Shown piece after piece: positions 28,661 to 39,131 of a DNA stretch of 64,000 nt. The notes under the pieces are model-generated. The model did no database searches, had not been told where the DNA came from, and saw only the letters and a program-made list of their open reading frames with translations. How positions within the stretch are numbered: the stretch's first letter is position 1; every line of letters begins with the position of its first letter. Origin of the DNA: Giardia intestinalis (Eukaryota); assembly GCA_000002435.2 (NCBI GenBank), contig CM018792.1; one strand, written 5' to 3'. The position numbers and the translations under genes were made by a program.

Positions 28661-31438
28661 ATGGGACATGTCTCTTCGAAAATCATCTTATCCGAGGCAG
28701 AGCGGGTGTATAACAGCCTCGATGTGAAGAATCGCGGTTACATTACGGTCATGGACCTGATGCTGTATCACCACGGGGCTAACAAGCGCAAGGCCAAATT
28801 TCTGCAAAAGGTCTTGCAGCACATATACTCAGAGTCCATGACAAAGGAGTATAAGCTTCCGAAACAAGACTTTCTGAAGCTATTTGTAGCAAAAGCTACT
28901 AGTGAGAAAAAGCTGTCTAATAGAGCCATCCTCTGCGATCGATTTACTGAAAACTTTAATCGCAGCGTTAAGAAATCCAGGCCCACAGCACATGCTGATA
29001 CCGACCTCAGCTCTTTGTGGTCTTACTACACAGATAATGGAAGCGTCTCAGCTAATATTGTCCACCGCATTAGGAGCGTTGCTTCAGATACAACTAATAA
29101 AGAAGCAGGGATGCTTTCGCAATTTGGGCTAAACTCTCGGTCTTCTCTCCATGTCATTTATAGACCTGAATTCTTTACTGAAACAGTCACAAAGCAATTT
29201 GCCACCGGAGACGATCTCTCCCGGATCATTGATTACCTCTCTGCGGCAGGCATTGACGTGGGGCTCACACTGGGCTCTTCGTTCAGAGACATGATCCATC
29301 CCCCTGAGCTCGACTGTGGGCAAACCCCCAAGGAAGCAGACACCAAAGATAAAGAGGAGGACAAAGAGCACCATGTAGCCTCGTTGGTCATGCGCGAATA
29401 TGATTACACCAATACAGGATACTTGAATGAGCACGAATTCAGCCATTTCATCCAGGAAATTCGTCGAGAGGTCGAGGCCCATCAGGTCTTTCTGGGTACA
29501 AACATACGTTATGTAGGTCAATACATTACAGGGAAGACATTGGGATTTGGAAGAGGAGGGATTGTTAAGATAGCCATTCACAGAAGCTTCTTGACCGCAG
29601 ATAAGGCCGGACGTTTTCCATCTACAAGAAAGGGGGCACTAGGTCCAGAGGCAGGGATGACAATTAGCAAAAACTATGCATCAGCAAAGAGCTTGAGTGC
29701 ATACATCCCTACTAGGAGTGCAGGGATGGTAGAGGCGGAGCTGCGACCTCGGAGTAGAGCAAAGCCTGGCCGCAAGCAAAGCAACAGAAAATCGGACGTG
29801 TCTACACACTCATATGCTAAGTCATCTGCCGAAAATGTATTTGATGTGCCTTCTGTGACACTAGATGTCGAAAAGACGCAGTCAGAGGCTATGTCTACCA
29901 ATCTCCAGATGCCAACTGTGTCCACTAGCGAGTTTGTCACTACTCAGCCCCCTCAGCCAATCAATCAGGATGACGTGCCAGCCTCAGTGCAGGTTGCATT
30001 AAAGCTCATTCCTAGCAAACCAGTGTCTAGCTTGCTTTCCACTCTAGCCCCAACTGTGATGCGGAAGAAGACGGCAACTAGGAAAAATAGAGTCGTGTCC
30101 TCGGATACGAAGACAGAAACTGATGGAAGTTCTACCGAGTGTAAAGATTCCTCTACTAACTTCGACACCTCTCGTGAGGCAGTTCCTTGTCCGGAACCAG
30201 TTGCACTGGAGCGCCTCACAGGGCATCAGAACATCGTCGAGCTGATGGACAAGTTCGTGTACGTTGATATGAAGGGTAACGAGTGGGAGGCTATGGCACT
30301 GACGCTTTGCGGCGGCGGGTCGCTCAAAGAATATCGAGCGAACACAGTGGTGACAGAGCCAATGGCACGGTACTTCTTTTCGCAAATAATGTCTGCCGTT
30401 CTTTATATGCACCTGCACGGGGTGGCACACATGGATCTCCGACTGGAGAACTGTCTACTCGATAATAATGGATGTGTGCGGCTTTGTGACTTCGGCAATG
30501 CAATGTCCTTTAGTATGGACGAGGAATCGAAGCAGGCTATAGACACTGTTCGCAGGGGTATGGTGGCCGGTACCCTCGCCCACATGCCGCCCGAAATGCT
30601 GCTCCTGCAATCTGACTACTCGGCAAGGAAGGTGGACATCTGGTGCTGTGGGCTGATACTCTATGAGCTCCTCACTGCAAAGCCTGCGTTTACTGTCGCC
30701 AAGTCTATGGATGGGTGTCACTCAGACACCGAACTTAGCAAGAAGCTCTGCTCCAATATTTGTAGCATGAACTACGAGGCTTTGGGGTTCAATTATAGCG
30801 CAGAAGCCCGGGATCTCTGCTCCAGAATGATGTCTTATGACGCTTTGGAGAGACCAGACGCCTACGAGATACTGCTACACCCATGGCTTCAACAGGAGAT
30901 GATCAAACCAGCCCTTGCAAAGGGAATATTGATCCTTGATCCTGCACCTCCAGTTGTAAAAGTGCAGCAACATCTAGAACAGCTTTTGTCCCTTGAGAAT
31001 ATTGAAGCGAAGAAACCCAAGGATAAGAAGCAAAATCAACAACCTATACGACTTATATGTTCTCACAAAGCAACGTCTGTCGTCTTCCTCATCTCGGGGG
31101 AGACGATACACTCATCCGACAAGCTTAACAATGATGACATTGAACTGGGGTATTTGTATGATATAATGCAGTCTGCCTCCGGAGGAACGGTAGCAGAGAA
31201 TGAGTACATACGCCGCATTCAGACTCACGAGACTGTCTTCAAACTCACTTTCTATTTGAAGGCAGGACTCATATGGGAGTTTCAGCGCCTTTTTCGACGA
31301 ATAAGATACTGCATGCTGAACGCCTTTGCCAGCACGGCTACAGACGATAAAGCCAATACCAACTCCGTGACATCGTCTGCAGTCGACGATACTCCTGTCT
31401 GTGTGCGGATAGATGGGCGAGGAGGATTCGTCTCCTGA
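28661..31438 (+). CDS. Protein kinase with an N-terminal MGxxxS motif and EF-hand-like loops upstream of a C-terminal kinase domain
   Basis: 925 aa. Begins MGHVSSK. EF-like loops DVKNRGYITVMD and DYTNTGYLNEHEF. Kinase domain has the catalytic-loop variant HMDLRLEN and an intact DFG (LCDFGNAMSF). Confidence 0.6.
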   Translation: MGHVSSKIILSEAERVYNSLDVKNRGYITVMDLMLYHHGANKRKAKFLQKVLQHIYSESMTKEYKLPKQDFLKLFVAKATSEKKLSNRAILCDRFTENFNRSVKKSRPTAHADTDLSSLWSYYTDNGSVSANIVHRIRSVASDTTNKEAGMLSQFGLNSRSSLHVIYRPEFFTETVTKQFATGDDLSRIIDYLSAAGIDVGLTLGSSFRDMIHPPELDCGQTPKEADTKDKEEDKEHHVASLVMREYDYTNTGYLNEHEFSHFIQEIRREVEAHQVFLGTNIRYVGQYITGKTLGFGRGGIVKIAIHRSFLTADKAGRFPSTRKGALGPEAGMTISKNYASAKSLSAYIPTRSAGMVEAELRPRSRAKPGRKQSNRKSDVSTHSYAKSSAENVFDVPSVTLDVEKTQSEAMSTNLQMPTVSTSEFVTTQPPQPINQDDVPASVQVALKLIPSKPVSSLLSTLAPTVMRKKTATRKNRVVSSDTKTETDGSSTECKDSSTNFDTSREAVPCPEPVALERLTGHQNIVELMDKFVYVDMKGNEWEAMALTLCGGGSLKEYRANTVVTEPMARYFFSQIMSAVLYMHLHGVAHMDLRLENCLLDNNGCVRLCDFGNAMSFSMDEESKQAIDTVRRGMVAGTLAHMPPEMLLLQSDYSARKVDIWCCGLILYELLTAKPAFTVAKSMDGCHSDTELSKKLCSNICSMNYEALGFNYSAEARDLCSRMMSYDALERPDAYEILLHPWLQQEMIKPALAKGILILDPAPPVVKVQQHLEQLLSLENIEAKKPKDKKQNQQPIRLICSHKATSVVFLISGETIHSSDKLNNDDIELGYLYDIMQSASGGTVAENEYIRRIQTHETVFKLTFYLKAGLIWEFQRLFRRIRYCMLNAFASTATDDKANTNSVTSSAVDDTPVCVRIDGRGGFVS

Positions 31439-31608
31439 CCGAGGATGTACTTTACCCTCTTTTATACCCTCTATTTATATAAACTTGTAGCTTTGTATCT
31501 AATGCCTAAATTCATAATTCTATAATTCTGTTCTCTTTAATGTTTAAAATCATTCACGCGTAATTGTTGAGCCTATCCAACTTAATTTCTAAAAAACAAA
31601 TCTCCAAA

Positions 31609-34008
31609 ATGTGCCCCCCTAGCCCAGAGCCTTATCAGCAGGGCTGTGAGCTGGGCGTGGGGAGCGTGGTTAGAAATCCGCATGGCAAGGAGCACTATAC
31701 TCTCTTGCATTGCATTGGGTCTGGATGCTACGGAGCAGTTTTTGTAGCCATCGATAACACACGAAGCTGTTTCTATGCTTTGAAGCAGATACGTTTTCAG
31801 AGGTTTACCAATCCACTGTCAGAATTGTCTGGAGGCAAGGAAGCTGCTCCCTGCCAAAGAGAGATGCATGCAAGTACCAACACAGAGGTCTGCGCTCTGC
31901 GACACCTCAATACAAGACCTCACTCCAGCATACCAATGTTCCATCACGCATTTAATGTTGATGAAAGCCTCTACATCGTCATGGAATTTAGCTCTGGATC
32001 GCCGCTAACAGATGTCCTTACGCGGTATCGCTCTCTCAATAGCGGCGCATTCCCGGCTATACCATACTACTATTTGAAACTTCTTGTGAGGAGATTGCTA
32101 CGGGCTATCCATCATTGCCATCAAAGCGGAGTCGCTCATCTGGATATAAAACCGGACAATATCCACATAGAGAGCCCCACGCGTTTGACACTGGTAGATT
32201 ACGGGCAGTCATATACTATCCACGAGGGCGTATCAGACGACCCTTGGCTGGATTCACGCATTGGAGCCATGGCGTTCCTTCCCCCAGAAGTCCTAACATC
32301 GTCTACACTTTACACAACTAGTTATTTGAACCTAAAGAATCTAGTATCATCGTTTTCCTTAGACCCATCTCTTACTCCCAATTGTCAATCTGCTCAATCA
32401 CAGCAAGCCTTGAGAACTCCCCGCAGAACGCCAACACTAACCGATGTAAAAGAGCAAAATCTGCCACAGCACAAGTCACCCCACGTTAAGAGCAAAGGCA
32501 GTAAACAAGTAAGCCAGTCAAGGGACTCATCGTCATCAGACAGCAAGAAATCTACGTCTGCACCTACCAGATCTGCGTCAGTATCGGTTTCATATACCCC
32601 AATGCATCACATCAGTACTCTATTTCTGAAGGACTGCACCCTTTATCATGACAAAGGCCGCGTTCAAGCTACGGGAGCTCGCTTTCGCCTGTGGATGGAT
32701 GCGATTCTTAGAATGCGGATGTTCACAAAGTTTGACCGGCCACAAACGCCGCCTTTTTGTGTTTCCTTTGAAAATGGATCTGTGAAGCTCAACGCAATTG
32801 ATATCCGAGACATCATTGAGATATCTGAAGCGTTGAATGACAGCGTAGCTAAGTACAACATTGTTGATCCGAAGGCTGCCGTCACAGACTCTTCGGCTAA
32901 CACTTTTCCGTTGGCGAGTGACTTACTGGAGATAGGAATAAAGTTAGGCATTCCAGATCTTAAAGGAACGACATTGCATGTTTTCAATTCAAAATTAGCC
33001 ATTGATAGTTGGGCCGCCGGCCTAGTTCTTCTTATCTGTATAATTGGTGATTATCCTTTTCGAGATGTGAGCACCTTTGAGATTGTCCCATCTGTGCAAC
33101 TAATGGCAGAGGCTATCAGACAACAGCTGGACAGTACACTAGAGGTGATCTCGCAGGGGAACTTTGAGAAGTACAGGCTATACTTGAGGACCTTAAACGA
33201 TAAGGCTAGCTGTGATCTGTGCGGAAAGTGTGCATTGTGCCTCATGGAGAAGAGCTTCTGCAATCAGCAGCTGCGAAGGAACATAACTAAATTTTGCCGT
33301 AAGCCAGTACCGCTGCCAGACTCCTTCACTGTATCCCCTAATGGACCCCTCTCATCAGACCTTCACCTGGATCTCTTCCTGCTTATCGCTGGACTTCTGC
33401 ACCCAAATCCGAAGGCACGAATGTCTATTTCCGAGGCTATGGAGTGCCCGTGGCTGGCAAACATTAATGAGTTCACCCTACAGCAACATGAGTACTATAG
33501 TAATGCAACCAATACAGCAATCTTCTCTTCTAATATCCGTTTCCAGGAACTAGCAATCAAGAGTAACAACCAGATGGACCAACTCGGCTCTATGGTGGAC
33601 AAATTTGTCAAGAGTGTCAAGGAATTCCATAAAAGCAGTACCTCTGCCACAGACCCAGAGTATTCGAGGCCCCCGGCTGTGCTCTGCACAAACTCTCTTA
33701 GTAGCAGCTCCCGGCGGGACAGTCTGAGCAAGGCTAAAAACGTTCGTGACGGTCTTCGTTCTGGGGCAATTTCTAGGAAGCACAGCGTAGCTTCTGGGAT
33801 ACCAGAGGTCAATATCAGGACGGCTGGGGCAAGCATCTCTGCAGGTTCTGTCATGTCTTCCATAGTTATAGATGACGCTGATGCGACAGAGAAGCCTTTC
33901 GACTTCGAAGCCTATCAGCAAGGACGGTTAAACTTTGATGTTGATGCTCACAAAATGATATTTGATGAGCCGTGTGGGACAAGTAGCACCGATAGTAGCT
34001 CACTTTGA
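31609..34008 (+). CDS. Protein kinase (N-terminal kinase domain, long C-terminal extension)
   Basis: Track start 31564 is a TTG. First ATG is at 31609. GSGCYGAV glycine loop, YALKQ (VAIK-like), catalytic loop HLDIKPDN, DYG in place of DFG. Confidence 0.6.
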   Translation: MCPPSPEPYQQGCELGVGSVVRNPHGKEHYTLLHCIGSGCYGAVFVAIDNTRSCFYALKQIRFQRFTNPLSELSGGKEAAPCQREMHASTNTEVCALRHLNTRPHSSIPMFHHAFNVDESLYIVMEFSSGSPLTDVLTRYRSLNSGAFPAIPYYYLKLLVRRLLRAIHHCHQSGVAHLDIKPDNIHIESPTRLTLVDYGQSYTIHEGVSDDPWLDSRIGAMAFLPPEVLTSSTLYTTSYLNLKNLVSSFSLDPSLTPNCQSAQSQQALRTPRRTPTLTDVKEQNLPQHKSPHVKSKGSKQVSQSRDSSSSDSKKSTSAPTRSASVSVSYTPMHHISTLFLKDCTLYHDKGRVQATGARFRLWMDAILRMRMFTKFDRPQTPPFCVSFENGSVKLNAIDIRDIIEISEALNDSVAKYNIVDPKAAVTDSSANTFPLASDLLEIGIKLGIPDLKGTTLHVFNSKLAIDSWAAGLVLLICIIGDYPFRDVSTFEIVPSVQLMAEAIRQQLDSTLEVISQGNFEKYRLYLRTLNDKASCDLCGKCALCLMEKSFCNQQLRRNITKFCRKPVPLPDSFTVSPNGPLSSDLHLDLFLLIAGLLHPNPKARMSISEAMECPWLANINEFTLQQHEYYSNATNTAIFSSNIRFQELAIKSNNQMDQLGSMVDKFVKSVKEFHKSSTSATDPEYSRPPAVLCTNSLSSSSRRDSLSKAKNVRDGLRSGAISRKHSVASGIPEVNIRTAGASISAGSVMSSIVIDDADATEKPFDFEAYQQGRLNFDVDAHKMIFDEPCGTSSTDSSSL

Positions 34009-34184
34009 AGTCTAGCCAGGGTTGCGTAAGTTGTTATCTGGTTAGCGCTACCACTTCCTTTATTTGACGTGGGATATCTCAGGCAATTTCTTTTAGAAAA
34101 AGAAAGAAGGCTAAGACACTAGAGCATGTGAAGCAGAGTAGAGATACGTTGTGTAGAGCCGCGCATATCTACGTATAGAATTTC

Positions 34185-35786
34185 ATGCATTCAAATTGTA
34201 TTTCTCTGATCAAAAGGTCCAATCATAAGCAGGATAGACCACGAGCAGGAGTAAAATTTGATCGAAATTTTAAGTCTCTACTTGAGTCCATGGACGACAG
34301 CTGCACCCCCATACAGTTAGTAGACGTTGTTTCACCCACACTACAGGGAGAGGAAAGAACAGATAAGGACAGAATTATGGATGTTCCTTCAGAGACGGAA
34401 TCGAAGCAGTCTTATGTGGCCGCTAAGATATCGACCAGATCTCCGAGCTGCGAATCTTCTAAGATGCGGAGACAGAAGGACAGTCATATGCCATCTGTCT
34501 ATGCACAACGGCACCGGTCAACGCCGTCCAGAAGAAAAAGAATGGAACTCTGTGAGCCTGTTGCTTCTCCGCTGCGGATGGTGCTGACCCAGAGTATCTC
34601 GTCACCCGAAGACGCGGTCAATGTGACCACATCTATACTGAAAAAGAATGTGCCAGAAACATCAGACTACGCGTCGATCAACATGAAGAAAGAATCGCTT
34701 AGAAAGCTATTAGAGGAGTTATCTACATCCCCACGCTCAACTGCCAGTGGAGTGCTTTCACCAGGATATCTTCCCGCAGAATCCCTCAGAGTGTCGCCCA
34801 TGAAAAACGATGCCACAGAAACCTCCATTACTGCACAGCAAACCATGAAAACGTCAATTGCATTATCACCTCTATACCCCCACCCAGAGGACAGCAAAGA
34901 ACAAAAGTCCAAATTAGAAGAGTATGTTGCCAGGATTGCAGAGCTGGAAGAAATGCTCCAGCAGCGTGAACTAGAGATGAAGGAACTTATGATGGTTGTT
35001 CTGTCCAATGACCTTTTGAAGACATCATCTGACAGCGACAAAGTGGCAGCTTTAACCGAACAACTGAGGTGTAAAGAGAATGAATTGCGCCAGATGATAG
35101 AGTTTCTAGCCGATGAACAAAAGCGAAAAGAGGACACTAGGGCCATAGCAGTGCAAACAGATCAACATGCTGACCACTTGTCAGCAGAGAAAGACCAGTT
35201 ACATATGGGAGCCTCTAAATGGAACACTGAGAATTTGTGTCCACGTTGTCGTGTCCGCGAACGGGTACTGGAAAATGGCGACAACAATGGTAAATCAGGA
35301 CCTGCTGCCAAAGCAGATAAGAGTTCTTCTAGGGGACCTTCAAAGAAACAAGCAAGAGGAAGCCTCAAGGATGTGCTCCCTCAGGCAAAATCAGTCCCTG
35401 TCCGTAGAACAAAGAGTGTAGCTTCTACTCCCTCACAGATTGCAAAGAGATCCGACCAGTCAAGCAAGAATATACACATATTCAAGCAGTTATTACAATC
35501 TCCGAAGACCGATACGCACGAATTATCTAGTGTCCAAGCATTACCGCTTGCACAGTTTGCCTTGTCTCCACCAACGTCACTAACAAATTCTTCTATTGCA
35601 CACTCACCAGCCGACTCCTATCCACTTGGGGAACAGCTGGCTCCCAGCCAATACTTCCTAAACACGTCTGTGAGTGTTGTTTCAGACACCACCTATACAC
35701 CAGATTTAGGCTCAAAGGCTGACCCATCTACAGCAGACCCCCTATTCGATGCAGTGTTTTCTATTCTCACTGGTATAGCGAAGTAA
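34185..35786 (+). CDS. Hypothetical Ser-rich/coiled-coil protein (533 aa)
   Basis: Long ORF with coding-like composition and a central coiled-coil segment. Its stop is 1 nt from the stop of the convergent gene. Confidence 0.5.
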   Translation: MHSNCISLIKRSNHKQDRPRAGVKFDRNFKSLLESMDDSCTPIQLVDVVSPTLQGEERTDKDRIMDVPSETESKQSYVAAKISTRSPSCESSKMRRQKDSHMPSVYAQRHRSTPSRRKRMELCEPVASPLRMVLTQSISSPEDAVNVTTSILKKNVPETSDYASINMKKESLRKLLEELSTSPRSTASGVLSPGYLPAESLRVSPMKNDATETSITAQQTMKTSIALSPLYPHPEDSKEQKSKLEEYVARIAELEEMLQQRELEMKELMMVVLSNDLLKTSSDSDKVAALTEQLRCKENELRQMIEFLADEQKRKEDTRAIAVQTDQHADHLSAEKDQLHMGASKWNTENLCPRCRVRERVLENGDNNGKSGPAAKADKSSSRGPSKKQARGSLKDVLPQAKSVPVRRTKSVASTPSQIAKRSDQSSKNIHIFKQLLQSPKTDTHELSSVQALPLAQFALSPPTSLTNSSIAHSPADSYPLGEQLAPSQYFLNTSVSVVSDTTYTPDLGSKADPSTADPLFDAVFSILTGIAK

Positions 35787-35787
35787 T

Positions 35788-38700
35788 CTATGCAATTGCT
35801 TTTCCACTCTGGACCTGCTGTTTCAGTAGTACACACTCCCCTCGAACCTGAACCAGCTCACAGGTAAGCGTTGCTATTGTGCTGTGCAATCCCGAAATTT
35901 CATTTTCTATGTCGCTAGTTTCCCGATAATTGCATGGTATGTCGGTATTAACTGCTGCATCTGCTGTTATGGATTGGGGAGGAGGGTTTTGGATGATATC
36001 TGCAACCTGCACTGCCCTTTCTAGTGTCACAACAGCGTTCGGTTTGCTTTCATCAGCAGTGGTGTGATTAGTGTATGGACCAATCGCCGCTGCAGCATCT
36101 GTCAATCGCTCTAGTAGCGCCTCTTCTCGTGCATTGGCTTGCTGAAGAGCCGCCTGCACTTGAGAGAGTTCAGTTGTTGTGCGTTTAAGCTCCTCATTGA
36201 CAACTGTGTACTCATGGCTCAAGGCCTCTACACTCAATGTGCCATCATCCGAGGCTCGTACTGCTCTCAACACTCCTAGTTCTGCCGTGAGCTCTGCAAG
36301 CTTCTTTTTGTAGTCCTCTTCACGGACATTCTGTTCGTTCAATATGGCTGTTGTTTCGTTCATGTTTTCTAGAAGACTCCTATATGCTATTTTGAGAGAG
36401 CCAAGTGCCTCCCTGAGACTTTTTATTTTCGCCTTCGAAGCGGCCAGCTCATCCTGTAATGCATGAATCTTTCCCTCAGGTATATGATTCTCGTGGTTAG
36501 TGCTACTACCGCCATTGCCTGGAATGGTGGATTTCTTCAGCTGAGCGTGCAAAGTCTCTATTAATTTCTGTGCGTCTTGCAGGCGGACCACTAGCTCTTG
36601 TTTCTCCTTCTCTGTCTCGTCCAAGACATCTTGGAGACGTCTCCAAGACGTTTGCATATGCTCTACTTTCTCAGTGAACGAGTCCGATATATCTATGATG
36701 TGCGAACCGCTCTGGGAGACATTGACGGGAGCCTCTTGGCGCAGTTTGGTTTCTGTGGTGTTTGTCCAAACAGTGCTTGGCTTGTCTCTTTCCTCTAGTG
36801 CCAAGGATAGCCGGTTGATCTCCAGCTTGTATCGCTCACTGTCCTGTTGTAGCTCAGTGTTGAGGGACTCTAGGTCATAGATCTTTGTCTTGAGGTCGTT
36901 CGTAGTCGTCAGAAGCTCTTTAACCTCTGCAATCCGGGCAGCTGAAGAACTGCCGTCCAAAAGCTTGTCGTGCAATGTCGATATTTCTCCACGCAGTTGC
37001 TGAATAGTTTCTGATTTGCAACTTAATTCTTCCTCCCTCGTTATAGACTCTGCCGTCAGCTTTGCAATATCGCTATTCTTCACTGTGAGATCCAATGTAA
37101 GCTTTTCGAGTTGCATCTTCTTCTCAGAAAGCAGCTCTTCCACGTGAGCTAGCTTCTCAGATTCCATCTCCAGCTTCTTGAGCGCGTCGCAGAGATCCGT
37201 TTCCTTCTGAGATAGTTCTGCTGAGAGTCTCTTGATATCTCCGTAGCTTGTATTCCTTTCCAGTCTAAGTTGCTCAACTTCCAACTTAAGACTGTTGGTG
37301 GAATTTAGCAAAGCAACTATTTGCGCAGAAAACTTGGTGTTTTCCTCCATTAGAAGCGTGAGATCATTAGATTTTCTATCCAACTGCAAAGTTTTCTGGG
37401 CAAGCATATTTTCTAGCTCTGTGGTCCGACTGCTGGCTCGCTCCATACCATCCTTGGCCTCTTCCAAATCGTGACGCATCTTTGTGTCCATTAATTTAAG
37501 ATTATGTAACAAGTCAGTCTTTTCTGCTAATTCCTTGTGCAGTCGCTCAATCCTGTTTTCGTTTCTTCGTATTTCTGCATCCTTTATCTCTAGCTCGTTC
37601 TGCAATTCGGTTATTTTGGATGTTGAGAACTCAATGCTGTCCGACTTCTGTGTAAGGAGCTCTTTGAGACGCGCGATCTCTGCAGCAGCCTTTTTGAGTA
37701 GCGTCAGCTTAATTCCCAGCTCTTTGGAAACGAGCCCTAGTTCGGCAGTCTTTTCATCTGCACGAAGAGCGTTATCTCCCGCTTCTTTGCGCTTAACTAC
37801 TAACTCAGCAGACTGCTCTACTAAATTCCTTTCGAGACTCTTTGCGTGCTCACTAAGAGTTGCAAACTCTTGCTCAAGAAGTGCCAGCCGTTCATCCTTC
37901 TTATCTAAGCTAGCTGAAAGCATCTTCACCTCGTCAGCAAGCTCTAAAATCTTGCGAGAATCTGCCTCTTTCTGCGTAGTTAGAACAGAGGTCTCCCCCT
38001 TCGATTTGATAAGGTCACATTGAAGATTCAAAAGGTTTGAGGAGATGGCTTCAGCACCAACTGCAGTATAACCATCATCGGATAAAAGCTGGGCTAAAAG
38101 GTCATCCACTTCGTCCTCATCATTATTGGTAGGTGCATGTGAATTCCCAGGCTGTAGATTGGTCTCGCAGCTGAATGATTGAATGGATTGCTCTGCAACG
38201 TTGGCATATGTGCTCTCCTTGCCCTTTGCAAGTAAGATCGTGGATACCTCACTAGTCTTGTGTGTCCTGGACATATTGGTGTGAAGACATACCTTTGGTG
38301 GAAAGTGGTCAGTGTGCTGATTTATGTTTGTAGTGGAGATGGTGCCAACGCCCTGCGAATCTGTCTCTATCGAAAGGTCTTTACCGTAAGAGCCAATGCA
38401 CTGCTGTTTCCGAGTAAGTAAAGAGAAGAGCGATTGCAGCACGGCGGTGGACATAATGTAGGGCTGCAGGTTGCCGCTGGAGTTGATGATTAGTGTTGGA
38501 CATGCCATGCAAAATCCTCTCTCTCGGACCAGTGCATCAACCTCCTGAATATCCTTAGTGTAGCGGACGGCTATGCGCTCTCGAACCAGGCACTCGTCGT
38601 AGGATCGATGAGAAGCAAGTGTTTCTTTAAGCTTCTTACACTCATCTCCCAGCTTCTCCCTATGTTTGCTGAGATCAGAAGAGAGCAAAGCAGTGTACTC

Positions 38701-39018
38701 TGTTAATTGATCTAGGCTAAGATCCTCGGCTGTGTTTAAAAGTTGACGTATTGCTGTGCTTGTGGATGAGGCGTCTGCACCCTTCTTGCAGATAAGTTCG
38801 GGACTGAAATAGATAACCCGATAGCTGTACTTAGTGATATATTGACAAAAAAGGCCGAGAAGGGTGAGATCTTGCACGTATAGCTCGACAAGCATCGCCA
38901 TCTCTAAGATCGGGTCATTGGTGAATAAAGGCCCCGACGGACCGTCCACATTCAGTGGAGTATTCGGCTGAACATCACTTCCATGTGCTTGCTCTGTCCC
39001 TCCCCGAAGCTCGGACAT
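35788..39018 (-). CDS. Large coiled-coil protein (1076 aa) with an N-terminal globular region of about 350 aa
   Basis: ATG at 39018. Extended heptad repeats from about aa 350 to the C-terminus. Confidence 0.6.
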   Translation of the reverse strand: MSELRGGTEQAHGSDVQPNTPLNVDGPSGPLFTNDPILEMAMLVELYVQDLTLLGLFCQYITKYSYRVIYFSPELICKKGADASSTSTAIRQLLNTAEDLSLDQLTEYTALLSSDLSKHREKLGDECKKLKETLASHRSYDECLVRERIAVRYTKDIQEVDALVRERGFCMACPTLIINSSGNLQPYIMSTAVLQSLFSLLTRKQQCIGSYGKDLSIETDSQGVGTISTTNINQHTDHFPPKVCLHTNMSRTHKTSEVSTILLAKGKESTYANVAEQSIQSFSCETNLQPGNSHAPTNNDEDEVDDLLAQLLSDDGYTAVGAEAISSNLLNLQCDLIKSKGETSVLTTQKEADSRKILELADEVKMLSASLDKKDERLALLEQEFATLSEHAKSLERNLVEQSAELVVKRKEAGDNALRADEKTAELGLVSKELGIKLTLLKKAAAEIARLKELLTQKSDSIEFSTSKITELQNELEIKDAEIRRNENRIERLHKELAEKTDLLHNLKLMDTKMRHDLEEAKDGMERASSRTTELENMLAQKTLQLDRKSNDLTLLMEENTKFSAQIVALLNSTNSLKLEVEQLRLERNTSYGDIKRLSAELSQKETDLCDALKKLEMESEKLAHVEELLSEKKMQLEKLTLDLTVKNSDIAKLTAESITREEELSCKSETIQQLRGEISTLHDKLLDGSSSAARIAEVKELLTTTNDLKTKIYDLESLNTELQQDSERYKLEINRLSLALEERDKPSTVWTNTTETKLRQEAPVNVSQSGSHIIDISDSFTEKVEHMQTSWRRLQDVLDETEKEKQELVVRLQDAQKLIETLHAQLKKSTIPGNGGSSTNHENHIPEGKIHALQDELAASKAKIKSLREALGSLKIAYRSLLENMNETTAILNEQNVREEDYKKKLAELTAELGVLRAVRASDDGTLSVEALSHEYTVVNEELKRTTTELSQVQAALQQANAREEALLERLTDAAAAIGPYTNHTTADESKPNAVVTLERAVQVADIIQNPPPQSITADAAVNTDIPCNYRETSDIENEISGLHSTIATLTCELVQVRGECVLLKQQVQSGKAIA

Positions 39019-39131
39019 GGAGGGAGCGGATTTTGAAATTTACAGGAAATATGTTCAGCTATATTAATATTTCTAAGCACAGCTCATTGCCGGCAAGGCT
39101 GAGAAGGCAGGGTTAGTACATTCGCAGAAGG

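Noticed and set aside
34009-34184. Possible tRNA or other structured RNA in several 110-180-bp spacers (34009-34184, 31439-31608, 44894-45069)
   Set aside because: No acceptor-stem/T-loop (GGTTCGAAT-like) arrangement or box C/D motifs could be found by eye. The spacers look like ordinary AT-rich promoter and 3' regions.
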